From positions 1-51,135 of the forward strand of contig JBMNHB010000001.1 in NCBI GenBank assembly GCA_050950145.1: 51,135 nt of DNA, written 5' to 3'. This document shows, piece by piece, positions 33,783 through 43,195 of the stretch (its first letter is position 1; each line of letters opens with the position of its first letter). The translations under genes were made by a program, and so were the position numbers. The notes under the pieces are model-generated. The model did not search any database and was not told the DNA's origin. It worked only from the letters and a program-made list of their open reading frames with translations. Source of the stretch: Candidatus Dojkabacteria bacterium (GTDB lineage: Bacteria > Patescibacteriota > Dojkabacteria > SC72).

Positions 33783-34405
33783 TGGCAATAGAAGAGAAAA
33801 GGTCTTCAATAGGCTTGATAACAACAATAAAAGAGGGCAAGGACAAGACAAATTCATACATCACTCTTTCTTTTACCCTTTTGGTTATTGCCTTATTAGT
33901 AATGTTTGCTATTCGTCCAACAATAACAACAATTACAAAAATTAATAAAGATATTAAAGAAAAAGAGAGAATTAATACTATGCTTGCTAGAAGAATTAAA
34001 ACACTAGCCTCACTAGATGATGAATATGAAAGATCAAAAGAGAAATTTGAAACTTTAAGTTTTACATTTCCAGTGGTAGAGAGGCATATTTTACTATTAT
34101 CTAATATTGATCAAATTGTCAGCAGAAATGGATTTAAGTTAAATTCTGTTTCATTAGATAATTATGAAGGGGAAAAATACAATCTTTCTCCTTCGGTTTT
34201 AAAACCAAGTTTAATTCAGCTGTCTGTAACAGGACAGTACAACAGTTTCATTAATCTATTAAAGGATTTAGAATCACTTCCGATGTTTGCAGTTATGGAA
34301 AATGTTAGCTTCTCTAATGTGAAGGATGAAAAAGGAGGACAATCTTTTTCTATCTCTATGCGAGTTTACAGTATCAGAGAGAATAATTTTTATAAACAAA
34401 AGTAA
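33782..34405 (+). CDS. PilO-like type IV pilus assembly protein
   Basis: The GTG start overlaps the upstream TAG. It has a single TM, a coiled-coil segment and a ~120-aa C-terminal domain, in the expected position after the PilN-like gene. Confidence 0.4.
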   Translation: MAIEEKRSSIGLITTIKEGKDKTNSYITLSFTLLVIALLVMFAIRPTITTITKINKDIKEKERINTMLARRIKTLASLDDEYERSKEKFETLSFTFPVVERHILLLSNIDQIVSRNGFKLNSVSLDNYEGEKYNLSPSVLKPSLIQLSVTGQYNSFINLLKDLESLPMFAVMENVSFSNVKDEKGGQSFSISMRVYSIRENNFYKQK

Positions 34406-34407
34406 TT

Positions 34408-34653
34408 ATGGGAGCAATAATTAAAAAATATATGTTTGCCATAATCCTTCTCTTTATAATAGGTATAGTTTGGGCTGCACTTCTCTTCTTCTTTGATTCA
34501 AAAGAGTCAGGGTCAAAAATAGATGTCTCAATATACAGCAATCAGTTAAATGAGAGCTTTGATGAGAAGAATTTAGATGAAACATATAATAGGGTTGTGA
34601 AGACACTTCCTATTTCTCCAAAGGAGTTTATTAACCTGAAGAAAAAGGATTAA
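34408..34653 (+). CDS. Small single-TM protein
   Basis: 81 aa with the N-terminal [20 protein letters not shown]. It is tightly linked to the PilN/O-like genes. Confidence 0.4.
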   Translation: MGAIIKKYMFAIILLFIIGIVWAALLFFFDSKESGSKIDVSIYSNQLNESFDEKNLDETYNRVVKTLPISPKEFINLKKKD

Positions 34654-35732
34654 TCTATGTAATCATTTAACTTTTGTTGTGATGATTTTTCTTTAAGCTT
34701 CTTTAATGCTTTTGCTTCAATTTGTCTGATTCTTTCTCTTGTTACTCCAAATTCTTTTCCAACTTCTTCTAATGTTCTTGAAACACCATCTTCTAGACCG
34801 AATCTTAAAGCTAACACTCTTCTCTCTCTGTCTTGTAAGCTGTCTAAAATGTCATGTAGTTGATTTTTTAAGTATTCTCCAGTTGCATAATCTTCTGGAG
34901 ATTGAGATCTATCATCAGGAATAATATCCTGTAATTTACTATCTTTCTCTTCTCCAATTGGTGTAGATAGTGATGTTGGATTTTGATTAATCTTTTTTAT
35001 TTCAGCTATTTTAGTAACTTCAATATCCATCTCTTTTGCAACTTCTTCATCTGTGGCAGGTCTTCCTAGTTTTGTAGCTAGTGTACTATTAACTTTATTA
35101 TACTTATTAATAGTTTCAATCATATGCACTGGGACTCTAATGGTTCTTGCTTGATCTGCAATAGCTCTTGTTATTGCTTGTCTAATCCACCATGTTGCAT
35201 ATGTAGAGAACTTAAATCCTTTTTTGTAATCAAACTTCTCTACTGCTCTCATAAGTCCAATATTTCCCTCTTGTATAAGGTCTAGAAGCTCTAGATTAGA
35301 CTTACTATATTTCTTAGCAATACTTACTACTAATCTAAGATTCGCTGTAATTAGTAGTTGTGTAGCCTCCTCATCACCATTTTCAATTCTCTTTGCAAGT
35401 ATGACTTCTTCTTCTCCTGTAAGTAATGGAATTCTACCAATCTCATAGAGATAGGATCTAATTGCATCTGTTGATAATGTTGACTGTATGGATTTAAGAA
35501 TTTTAATCTTTTTTTCGAGAGTTAGTTCTTCTTGTACTTGTGTTGTGACTGTATCATCAGGTTCTAAAACCTCAATTTCATTATCTTGCAATACCTCAAA
35601 AATTTTATCCAATAGCTCAATATTCTCTTCTATTGTTGGGAAAATGTCTAAAAGATCTTCTTGTGTAAGAAAACCTTGGTCTTTTCCTTTCTTAACCAGA
35701 AGATTAATTGCTTTCTCCTTATTATTCTTCAT
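34650..35732 (-). CDS. rpoD: RNA polymerase sigma-70 factor RpoD
   Basis: Region 2 ([27 protein letters not shown]), region 3 and region 4 ([19 protein letters not shown]). Confidence 0.92.
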   Translation of the reverse strand: MKNNKEKAINLLVKKGKDQGFLTQEDLLDIFPTIEENIELLDKIFEVLQDNEIEVLEPDDTVTTQVQEELTLEKKIKILKSIQSTLSTDAIRSYLYEIGRIPLLTGEEEVILAKRIENGDEEATQLLITANLRLVVSIAKKYSKSNLELLDLIQEGNIGLMRAVEKFDYKKGFKFSTYATWWIRQAITRAIADQARTIRVPVHMIETINKYNKVNSTLATKLGRPATDEEVAKEMDIEVTKIAEIKKINQNPTSLSTPIGEEKDSKLQDIIPDDRSQSPEDYATGEYLKNQLHDILDSLQDRERRVLALRFGLEDGVSRTLEEVGKEFGVTRERIRQIEAKALKKLKEKSSQQKLNDYID

Positions 35733-35744
35733 TGGTTTTAGATA

Positions 35745-35753
35745 TGGTATAAT
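35745..35753 (+). promoter_or_regulatory. Extended -10 TGGTATAAT, 6 nt before the ATG at 35760 (leaderless-type)
   Basis: TGGTATAAT-ttatat-ATG. Confidence 0.5.
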
Positions 35754-35759
35754 TTATAT

Positions 35760-36098
35760 ATGGACAGTACGGACAGTATTACATTACAACGAAAACAATT
35801 TTTTATTGAATCGGTAGCAAGATTTTGTGATAAATGTGGCACTCCTTACACTGTAGATGATCTTAATATCGTCCAGAATACTGGTGCAAGCACGATTATA
35901 CACTTTTCTTGTCATAATTGTAAGGCCAAGCATATTGCAACTTTGGTTTCTCCTCTTGGAGTAACACAGAGAGTGCCATTAAATACAGATTTAGCAGAGA
36001 ATGAACTTCAGAGTTTTTTACAATACAGAACAATTACAGACCAAGAGATTCTAGATGCTTACAATGAACTAAAAGCTGAAAAATTTGTAAAATTTTAA
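35760..36098 (+). CDS. Zinc-ribbon protein of unknown function
   Basis: CDKCGTPY ... CHNCKAKH four-Cys ribbon. Confidence 0.5.
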   Translation: MDSTDSITLQRKQFFIESVARFCDKCGTPYTVDDLNIVQNTGASTIIHFSCHNCKAKHIATLVSPLGVTQRVPLNTDLAENELQSFLQYRTITDQEILDAYNELKAEKFVKF

Positions 36099-39094
36099 TT
36101 AGGAGTATTCCAAATAATTCTGTACTCTGTATCTCTATTTAATTCAAATCTTCCAGATAACTGATTGCTTATTGTATTTAATCCTGCAGAGTTACTTAGA
36201 ACCCAGGTAGGGGGGTAGGAGAGATCTAATTTATATGCATGTTTTCTCTCTCCTGCTTGTTTGAATATGTTTAAGTCTAAAAATATTGTATTTTCCTTCT
36301 GCTCTAATGGAAAATTCATACCTATGCTATCTCTTTCTAGTCTGTAAGAAACTTCAAGACTCTTAATTTCTTTAGATGGGACATTAAACCAACCACCCAA
36401 AACTTTATATCCACTTTCTCGATATACTGCATATTTATTATCTTCCATACCAGATATCTTGAGTATTTGAGCTTCTGCGGGTATGTATATTCTCTGATAG
36501 TTAATATAATCTCCTTGTGGATAAACATTTTCATTGGAAGTATTCTCAACAGTTGCAGTGTATGTAAGATCAATAGTATTTTCATCTTTGATATTTATAG
36601 ATAGCGCTAAATTTTTGTTTAAGTACTGATTAGCTTTGTTTCCTCCCCAATTCCAATCTATTACTATTGGGGCATCATTATATTTACTATCTAAACTTCC
36701 TGCCCAGTTTCTATTGTTAAAGAAGTTAAATGCTTCGTTATTCTTAAATGCAATTTGCAAATGTTTCTCATCTAATGAACTTTGTAGAATATCACTCATG
36801 TCTGCGATCTGTCCTATATCCATGGAAAGTAGTTTCTTAATAATTTCATTTGCTAAGTCTGCAAGGAAAGTTGTTTTCTGGGTTGACCCAGGTGTAAATT
36901 CTCTGTGCATTTGAAAAACTTTTTCATGTAAGTTCTCTCCTGTTATCAATTCATCTTCTCCTGGAACTTCAATTCCACCCCATTTATTAAGTAGTTTTTG
37001 GAAGAAAGTGATGTCTACAGTTATTATTCCATCCACATCATTTCCTTTACCTAAAGCTGAGACAAATTGTTGAGATGCTTCTCTTGTTTCGGAAAGATCA
37101 GGACTCCAGTTTACTAAAGAGAAAAGCCAATCTTTTACACTCAAAGCATTTTGCATAGATTCAGGGGGAGAATATCGTTTTCCTTGAACTCTTAGCGTTC
37201 CATCTGCATTGTATATATCATCAACGAATAATTCTCTTATCTGACCACCCTCTATTCCTATAATTCCGTAACTTGTTAACCATCCACCAGTACTTCTAAT
37301 CTCCGATTCGTTTTGCAAGAGTACAAGGTATCTCTGTCTTTCATTTACTCCAAGAACTTCTGGTAGAAAAGCTGTTGCTTCTCTGTATGTTTGGGTAGCA
37401 ACCTCTGCCTTTTCTACGAAGCTTTTTATTTCCAAAAGTTTATTCTGTGTAAATTTAGGGAATGTATTAACCTCAATATCTTTAAATATTTCATTAGCAA
37501 AGGATATTTTGTAGTTGGCCTCATCTAACATATATCTATTTTGACCTATTTTTTCTAAGTAATCTCTATACTCTCTTGTTGTCGTAGCCACATTATCTTG
37601 AAATGTAACAGCTGGCTTAAAATCTTTAATATATGCGGTTAGGGGATATATGGCCTTTAGAGCTTGTTGCCCACCTTGTACTGCGTTTTGTGTTCCTAGA
37701 AGGATTCTTGAGATATCATTGTAAAATGTTTCTTGCCCAGTTACTGCAAACATCCATGACATATTATCAAAGCTATCAGATACTCTACCTATATTTCTTT
37801 CTATTTTATTTATATTTGCATAATTATTTTCGTTTGTTGTGTCTAATATGGTTTGTGATAGCTCTTTGACTGCAGAGTTAATTACGATTAGTCCAATTGC
37901 AGTCCCTAATATTGGATAGATAACAAAGTAGGAGAAGAGGGTGATCAATACTGCTGTGATTATGCCTTTTACCACTCCTTTCGTAGAAGGTTTAGAACTA
38001 CCTTTGTGTAATTTTATCTTTTTAAACGGTTCAGTTAGGTTATGTATAAATTCACCGAGTTTTGTTTTATTTTCTTTGGTTGTAGGTGCACTCTGAGTTT
38101 TATTAGTATTGTTTGTTGAAATATCCCATGACTTATTTATATTGTCATAGTAAACTTGTATCTGCTCTATCATAGCTTTCTCTAGTGTCATTTGTTGTGT
38201 CCATCCATATTTACTTGCATGAGGTGCTGGTACATATACATCTTGTATAAGGAATTTCTCATCTGGATTGTCAGCAAATTTTATACTCTGTGCTTCAGTA
38301 TTTAATTCTAGGAGCTTGTAAGCTATTGAGAGTGTTGTATAGTCATTTTTATTAGCTAGAGTAATAACTTCTCCTTTTGTTGAATTAGAGAATGTTAGTT
38401 TTAAGATACCGTATGTCGCATCATCTTCCTGTATGAGATTGTGTATATTAAGACCTTCTCCTTTTATTGTAATTTGTCCACCTTGAGTTGCCTCCGATAT
38501 TAATTCATGTACAACAGGGTCTTGAACTTTCTCTATTCCACTACCTATTAATGTACCTACTCTGATTATCCTCGCATTGATATTCGTCTTATCCTTAAAT
38601 TCAGCAACCATTGTCTCGCAATATTTCTGTAATTCAATATTAGAGTAGGGGGAAGGTTTAGATATATTTGCTCCATTTGTTCTATTTGCTAATTCTCTAT
38701 TTAAAGCTAATGAACCAATTAAAGAAAATTTTGCATCATTCTTTTTAATTTGTGTAAGACTTAATTCTAAATATTTTGTTTCTAAAAGGAAATCTTTACT
38801 CTCAAATTCTTCTTGATTTAGCTTATCATTCAATATGTAATATAGATAATCAAATCTTTTAATATTCTTAAAGAGAGATTCGTATCCTTTGAAGTCAAAG
38901 AAATCTACCAATTCTGATCGTTTTAGCTCAGAAATATATTTCCTTGTTTCAGAATTAAATTTATCTATTATGACAACATAACCACCTTGTTCTACTAAAG
39001 TTTTCGCGATTAAATACCCAAGTCTGTTCCCTCCATGTACGAGTATGGTTATAGGTGTGTTACTTTTTACTTTGTTAAATCTTAAGTTACTCAT
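36095..39094 (-). CDS. Fusion of an NAD(P)-binding epimerase-like Rossmann domain, a TM segment and a DUF4012 domain
   Basis: N-terminal ILVHGGNRLGYLIAKTLVEQGGYVVIID, TM at about aa 385-410, and a DUF4012-like RYLVLLQNESEIRSTGGWLTSYG. Confidence 0.55.
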   Translation of the reverse strand: MSNLRFNKVKSNTPITILVHGGNRLGYLIAKTLVEQGGYVVIIDKFNSETRKYISELKRSELVDFFDFKGYESLFKNIKRFDYLYYILNDKLNQEEFESKDFLLETKYLELSLTQIKKNDAKFSLIGSLALNRELANRTNGANISKPSPYSNIELQKYCETMVAEFKDKTNINARIIRVGTLIGSGIEKVQDPVVHELISEATQGGQITIKGEGLNIHNLIQEDDATYGILKLTFSNSTKGEVITLANKNDYTTLSIAYKLLELNTEAQSIKFADNPDEKFLIQDVYVPAPHASKYGWTQQMTLEKAMIEQIQVYYDNINKSWDISTNNTNKTQSAPTTKENKTKLGEFIHNLTEPFKKIKLHKGSSKPSTKGVVKGIITAVLITLFSYFVIYPILGTAIGLIVINSAVKELSQTILDTTNENNYANINKIERNIGRVSDSFDNMSWMFAVTGQETFYNDISRILLGTQNAVQGGQQALKAIYPLTAYIKDFKPAVTFQDNVATTTREYRDYLEKIGQNRYMLDEANYKISFANEIFKDIEVNTFPKFTQNKLLEIKSFVEKAEVATQTYREATAFLPEVLGVNERQRYLVLLQNESEIRSTGGWLTSYGIIGIEGGQIRELFVDDIYNADGTLRVQGKRYSPPESMQNALSVKDWLFSLVNWSPDLSETREASQQFVSALGKGNDVDGIITVDITFFQKLLNKWGGIEVPGEDELITGENLHEKVFQMHREFTPGSTQKTTFLADLANEIIKKLLSMDIGQIADMSDILQSSLDEKHLQIAFKNNEAFNFFNNRNWAGSLDSKYNDAPIVIDWNWGGNKANQYLNKNLALSINIKDENTIDLTYTATVENTSNENVYPQGDYINYQRIYIPAEAQILKISGMEDNKYAVYRESGYKVLGGWFNVPSKEIKSLEVSYRLERDSIGMNFPLEQKENTIFLDLNIFKQAGERKHAYKLDLSYPPTWVLSNSAGLNTISNQLSGRFELNRDTEYRIIWNTPN

Positions 39095-39749
39095 TAGTTT
39101 CTTTGGATAAAATATCTAAAGATATCGGTATTGGTAGTTGATATACTTTTAAATTAAGTTGGAAATTTTCTCTTACAAAAACAGGCAATTCTATTTCCTC
39201 GTATCCATCACTTTCTATCTTGATTTTATGCTCTCCCTCACCTAGCTCTATGTTAGCTAAATTTGATCTGTTTACAAATGAATTGTCAATATATACTTTA
39301 GATTCCTCACTATTGGTAGTTACTGTTAATATCCCTTTCTTTGACAGTGTTCTCATTGGAGTGTAGTAGAGAATAGTTCCATGTAATAAGTCTTCAGGAG
39401 CAATTTCAACATCAATTCTTGCAGAAGTATTTTTTGAAAGTTCAATATTAAAAGAATGTTTTTTATAAAAAGTATCTTCAGGAGCAATCTTTTCTATTTC
39501 AATCAGATATTTCCCCTCTGGTAGATCTTCTATAGTTACAGGTGTTTCTCCTTGATCTTTTCCATCTACCCACACTTTTGCTTTTCCTCTCTGTGTCACA
39601 ACTTCAACTGTTGTATTGTTGTAAAATCTATTAAGAAAAGGTAGTCTTCCAATATATTTCTTAGGAGGAAAGAAGTAAAAGAGAATTGAAAAAAATATTA
39701 TTGTTACGACTACGATAATGGCAGTTTTAAATTTCTTCATATCTAACAT
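39087..39749 (-). CDS. PEGA-domain protein
   Basis: VWVDGKDQGETPVTIEDLPEGKYLIEIEK and VYIDNSFV...LGEGEHKIKIESDGYE. A TATAAT 7 nt before the second ATG (39740) suggests that start. Confidence 0.6.
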   Translation of the reverse strand: MLDMKKFKTAIIVVVTIIFFSILFYFFPPKKYIGRLPFLNRFYNNTTVEVVTQRGKAKVWVDGKDQGETPVTIEDLPEGKYLIEIEKIAPEDTFYKKHSFNIELSKNTSARIDVEIAPEDLLHGTILYYTPMRTLSKKGILTVTTNSEESKVYIDNSFVNRSNLANIELGEGEHKIKIESDGYEEIELPVFVRENFQLNLKVYQLPIPISLDILSKETNE

Positions 39750-39783
39750 TATATGTAGAACTTCTGTCTTTGTCTATTCTTTT

Positions 39784-40992
39784 CTAATATGAATATTTTG
39801 ATTCTGGAGACTCTTCCTTTTCCTCCTTAATCTGTTTTTTGGATGCATGAATGTTTGTATATACTAGGACTGCAATTCCTAGAGCTATTACTAATACTAC
39901 AACGAAATATCTAACAGCTCCTGCAGTTAATATTGCAAATGATCCTAAGAATAGTGTTATTGCTATTTCTACTAATACGACTTGTGTCCTTGTTAATCCT
40001 AGTTTTATCAACTGATGATGGAAATGATCAGGCCCATTTATCTTCATTAGTTCTGTAAAACTCTTTGGTTTATATGTTATATACCTTTTGATAATTACAT
40101 ATGCAAAATCTAGAAGAGGTACAATCAACAATATCAAAGAAGTAGATAGCTTTGCTTCTGCTACTAATGATAATAGACATATTAAGAATCCATATACAGA
40201 TTTTCCTGCAGAACCTGTCATAATTTTTTGTGGAGGTAGTGCGAATACAAAAAATATAATCATTCCTCCCGTTATCAATATGCTAATAGTAGATGAAAAT
40301 ACAGATCCAAACCTTGTTCCGATAATAAAGATTAAGAGGAAGATAATGATTGAGTTACCTTCAATTATTCCAGGAGAACCTGCTGTCCATTTGAATGCAT
40401 TTATACATGCAACTATCCAAAAAATCATTACTAAGTCTCCTGGGAATACAAAAAATTGTTGAATTCCTAGAATAGAGAATTTCCAGGTGTAAGCATCCAA
40501 TGGAAGATTAATAATTGAAAGATTTGTTAAATTTATAACAGAGAAAGCGAGAATAATAGATGCTAGAAGTTGATAGAGGAGTTGTGTTTTTGCTGGTAGA
40601 TTAAAAATATCATCTAATGTAGCTCCTATTGCAAGTATCAAAACAGATACAAGAATGGGTATTGAAAAACTATCTAATTTGAAAAAGAGCAACATTGCTA
40701 GTACTACAGGGATTGTGATTGCTAATCCCCCTAAAGAAGGTGTTATGCCTTCGTGTATTGCTTTCTCTTTATTATCAAACTCTTTCCCGAGTCTCTTAAC
40801 TCCAGGTTTGTATGTAATGTCATACTTGTTGGCGATATACCCAACAATTGGTGTTAAGATTAGAGAAGATATTGCTCCTATTGCAAAGATAGGAAGGTAT
40901 TTTAGATAGTTTGCGAAAGCCTCACTGCAAGAAGATAGATCAATACTATTTAGTAAGTTTAATAGTAATTCAGTTGCTTTTGATGTATCCAT
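39784..40992 (-). CDS. Glycosyltransferase family 4 (MraY/WecA-like polyprenyl-phosphate sugar-1-phosphate transferase)
   Basis: About 10 TM helices, GATLDDIFNLPAKTQLLYQL motif. Confidence 0.65.
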   Translation of the reverse strand: MDTSKATELLLNLLNSIDLSSCSEAFANYLKYLPIFAIGAISSLILTPIVGYIANKYDITYKPGVKRLGKEFDNKEKAIHEGITPSLGGLAITIPVVLAMLLFFKLDSFSIPILVSVLILAIGATLDDIFNLPAKTQLLYQLLASIILAFSVINLTNLSIINLPLDAYTWKFSILGIQQFFVFPGDLVMIFWIVACINAFKWTAGSPGIIEGNSIIIFLLIFIIGTRFGSVFSSTISILITGGMIIFFVFALPPQKIMTGSAGKSVYGFLICLLSLVAEAKLSTSLILLIVPLLDFAYVIIKRYITYKPKSFTELMKINGPDHFHHQLIKLGLTRTQVVLVEIAITLFLGSFAILTAGAVRYFVVVLVIALGIAVLVYTNIHASKKQIKEEKEESPESKYSY

Positions 40993-41462
40993 TAGAGTTT
41001 AATACTTTGAACTAATGTAAAACTTAGGAACAGTATAGCAATTATTGTACTAACCAAGAGTATCTTTGTTAGATGTTTTTCTCGGTTATAGTTTCTTGAC
41101 ACAAAAATCATTGAAATTAAAACAATAACTCCAGTTAATATTGGAACTATATAGATATACTTTGATTCAACTAACATATTTTTAGGAGCGATATAGAATC
41201 GGAATAGTGGAACATATTTTGGAATAGAGTTTATATTTTTGAAAATGAGGTTTACTTGAAAAGCAATCATTACTATACCAAAAACTAACACAGCCCAGAC
41301 TAAAGGATCTTTTAGAAATTTTATAACTTCAAGTTTTAATACTGCAAAATCAAATTTCCTCTTTGCTTTGTAAAATTTATTCTTTGCTGGTTCTTTGATC
41401 TCTAGACCTAACTGTTTTGGATCAATTTCTTTCTCTGTTTTCTTTTTACTTTCTTTACTCAT
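40992..41462 (-). CDS. Hypothetical membrane protein
   Basis: Three hydrophobic helices. TGATATAAT lies 5 nt before the ATG. Confidence 0.45.
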   Translation of the reverse strand: MSKESKKKTEKEIDPKQLGLEIKEPAKNKFYKAKRKFDFAVLKLEVIKFLKDPLVWAVLVFGIVMIAFQVNLIFKNINSIPKYVPLFRFYIAPKNMLVESKYIYIVPILTGVIVLISMIFVSRNYNREKHLTKILLVSTIIAILFLSFTLVQSIKL

Positions 41463-41480
41463 ATCGGATTATATCATTTA

Positions 41481-42269
41481 TTAAACTTTATATATGTTAG
41501 AGAAAAGATAGAAAAAATCATCTAAAGAAATATGTTGTGGTCTTCTATCTAAAATGGTTGTAATCTTCTTCTCTTCTTTGTTAAACAAATAGTTTTTTAG
41601 ATTGTTTGAAAGCTTCTTTCTAGGTTGTTTGTATGCATTCTGAAGGAAAAGGTCAAAATCTTTTCTTACTTTTTTCTTTTTTAATTCTTTATATTGTTTT
41701 TCTTCTGGGGTAAAACTAATTAGGGAACTCATAACTTTTGGCTTTGGTTTGAAAGATTCTGGAGTAATATCCAATATTTTCTTCGCTTTAGAATATATAT
41801 TTGTTCTTGTTGCGAGGAGGTTATTTTTAGGTGGTTGTGCGATGTATTTTTCTGCAACTTCCTTTTGTACTATGAAAAAAGCTGTTGTTTTAAAATATAC
41901 TGATTGTATTATCTTCTCAATAATCTTTTTACTAACATTGTAGGGTAGTGAACCGAAAAAGGTTATGTTTTCAGAAAAATATTTCTTTAGTTCTTCAAAA
42001 TCCCAATCTAAGAAATCTTGGTTTACAACAATATACTCAGGGAAAAGATGTTTAAGATTTAAGGCTAGTAGGTCATCTTTTTCTACCATAACTAGATTCT
42101 TAAGGAAATCCTTATCACGCTCTCCGAACAGTTTAGAGAAATATCCTTGTCCAGGGCCTATCTCAACGAGAATATCTGTTGGGTTTTGAAGAACAATATC
42201 TACAATCTTTTTTGCAAGATTAGGGTTTGTAAAAAAGTTTTGTCCTAATGATTTTTTTGTCTTTATCAT
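41481..42269 (-). CDS. rsmA: 16S rRNA (adenine1518/1519-N6)-dimethyltransferase
   Basis: KSLGQNFFTNPNLAKKIVD and EIGPGQGYFS. Confidence 0.85.
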   Translation of the reverse strand: MIKTKKSLGQNFFTNPNLAKKIVDIVLQNPTDILVEIGPGQGYFSKLFGERDKDFLKNLVMVEKDDLLALNLKHLFPEYIVVNQDFLDWDFEELKKYFSENITFFGSLPYNVSKKIIEKIIQSVYFKTTAFFIVQKEVAEKYIAQPPKNNLLATRTNIYSKAKKILDITPESFKPKPKVMSSLISFTPEEKQYKELKKKKVRKDFDLFLQNAYKQPRKKLSNNLKNYLFNKEEKKITTILDRRPQHISLDDFFYLFSNIYKV

Positions 42270-43195
42270 TAAACTCTAAAATCCCAAACATTATCTTCTT
42301 TCTTATACTCTTTCTTACATTTTTTACACTTAGCTGTATCTTCTTCTATTTTTATATTTCTTTTACAGTTAGGACATGCAAGAATATCTTCTAGATTTTC
42401 ATATTCTACTGTTTTTGATTTTGCTTTTTTAACCTCTGCTTCAAAAACAATGCTTGGAGGTATATTTGAGAAAAATAGTGTGTTTTGAAATATTTTTTCA
42501 AAAAAGAGCATGATATTATCATTAAATATTTTCTTAAAAAAAGGGGATCTTAAGAAAGAGCAACCTCTTTTTTTCTTTATGATGAAACCATTCCTTTCTA
42601 TAACATCTTTAACATATTCAGGGTGGAAGTTGTAGAAAATACCTTCAACATTGTCTTCTGTTCCTTCTGTCATTGCTATTGATGGTTGGGCATATGGTTC
42701 TTTTGAGAAGAAATCTTTATTTCCTTTTAGTAACGCTCTTATCCTTGCCTTTATATGCATTTTATTTGCAAACTCCTGTATATAGTTGGAGTTGTTTTTC
42801 ATTATTCTCTTCAGTTCTTTGAAATATCCTTCAGGATTTTCTATATGATGTAGAACTCTAACCATTAATCCACCATCAAAGATGTTTTCTTTAAAAGGCA
42901 TTTTGTATGCATTCGCCGCTATTAAATGGATATTTGGATATTTGCCTTTTAATACTTCGTAATTTGCTCTTAATGTTTTAGCAGAATAGTCTAGAATTAC
43001 TGGGTTTTTGTAGTTTTTAAAATATGTTGATGTTAATCTTCCATATGATCCACCAACATCTAAAAACCAATCTCCACTCTTATCTTTGAAAAGTTTATCA
43101 AGCAGGTACTTCTCTGATAGATGTTCATATCTCCTTTTTTCCCAATACTGTGAGTAGTCGTAGCTAAATTGATCGTAGTCTGAGACATTATTCAT
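42269..43195 (-). CDS. Class I SAM-dependent methyltransferase with a C-terminal Trm112-like zinc ribbon
   Basis: WFLDVGGSYGRL motif I. C-terminal CPNC...CKKCKKEYKKEDNVWDFR. Confidence 0.6.
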   Translation of the reverse strand: MNNVSDYDQFSYDYSQYWEKRRYEHLSEKYLLDKLFKDKSGDWFLDVGGSYGRLTSTYFKNYKNPVILDYSAKTLRANYEVLKGKYPNIHLIAANAYKMPFKENIFDGGLMVRVLHHIENPEGYFKELKRIMKNNSNYIQEFANKMHIKARIRALLKGNKDFFSKEPYAQPSIAMTEGTEDNVEGIFYNFHPEYVKDVIERNGFIIKKKRGCSFLRSPFFKKIFNDNIMLFFEKIFQNTLFFSNIPPSIVFEAEVKKAKSKTVEYENLEDILACPNCKRNIKIEEDTAKCKKCKKEYKKEDNVWDFRV

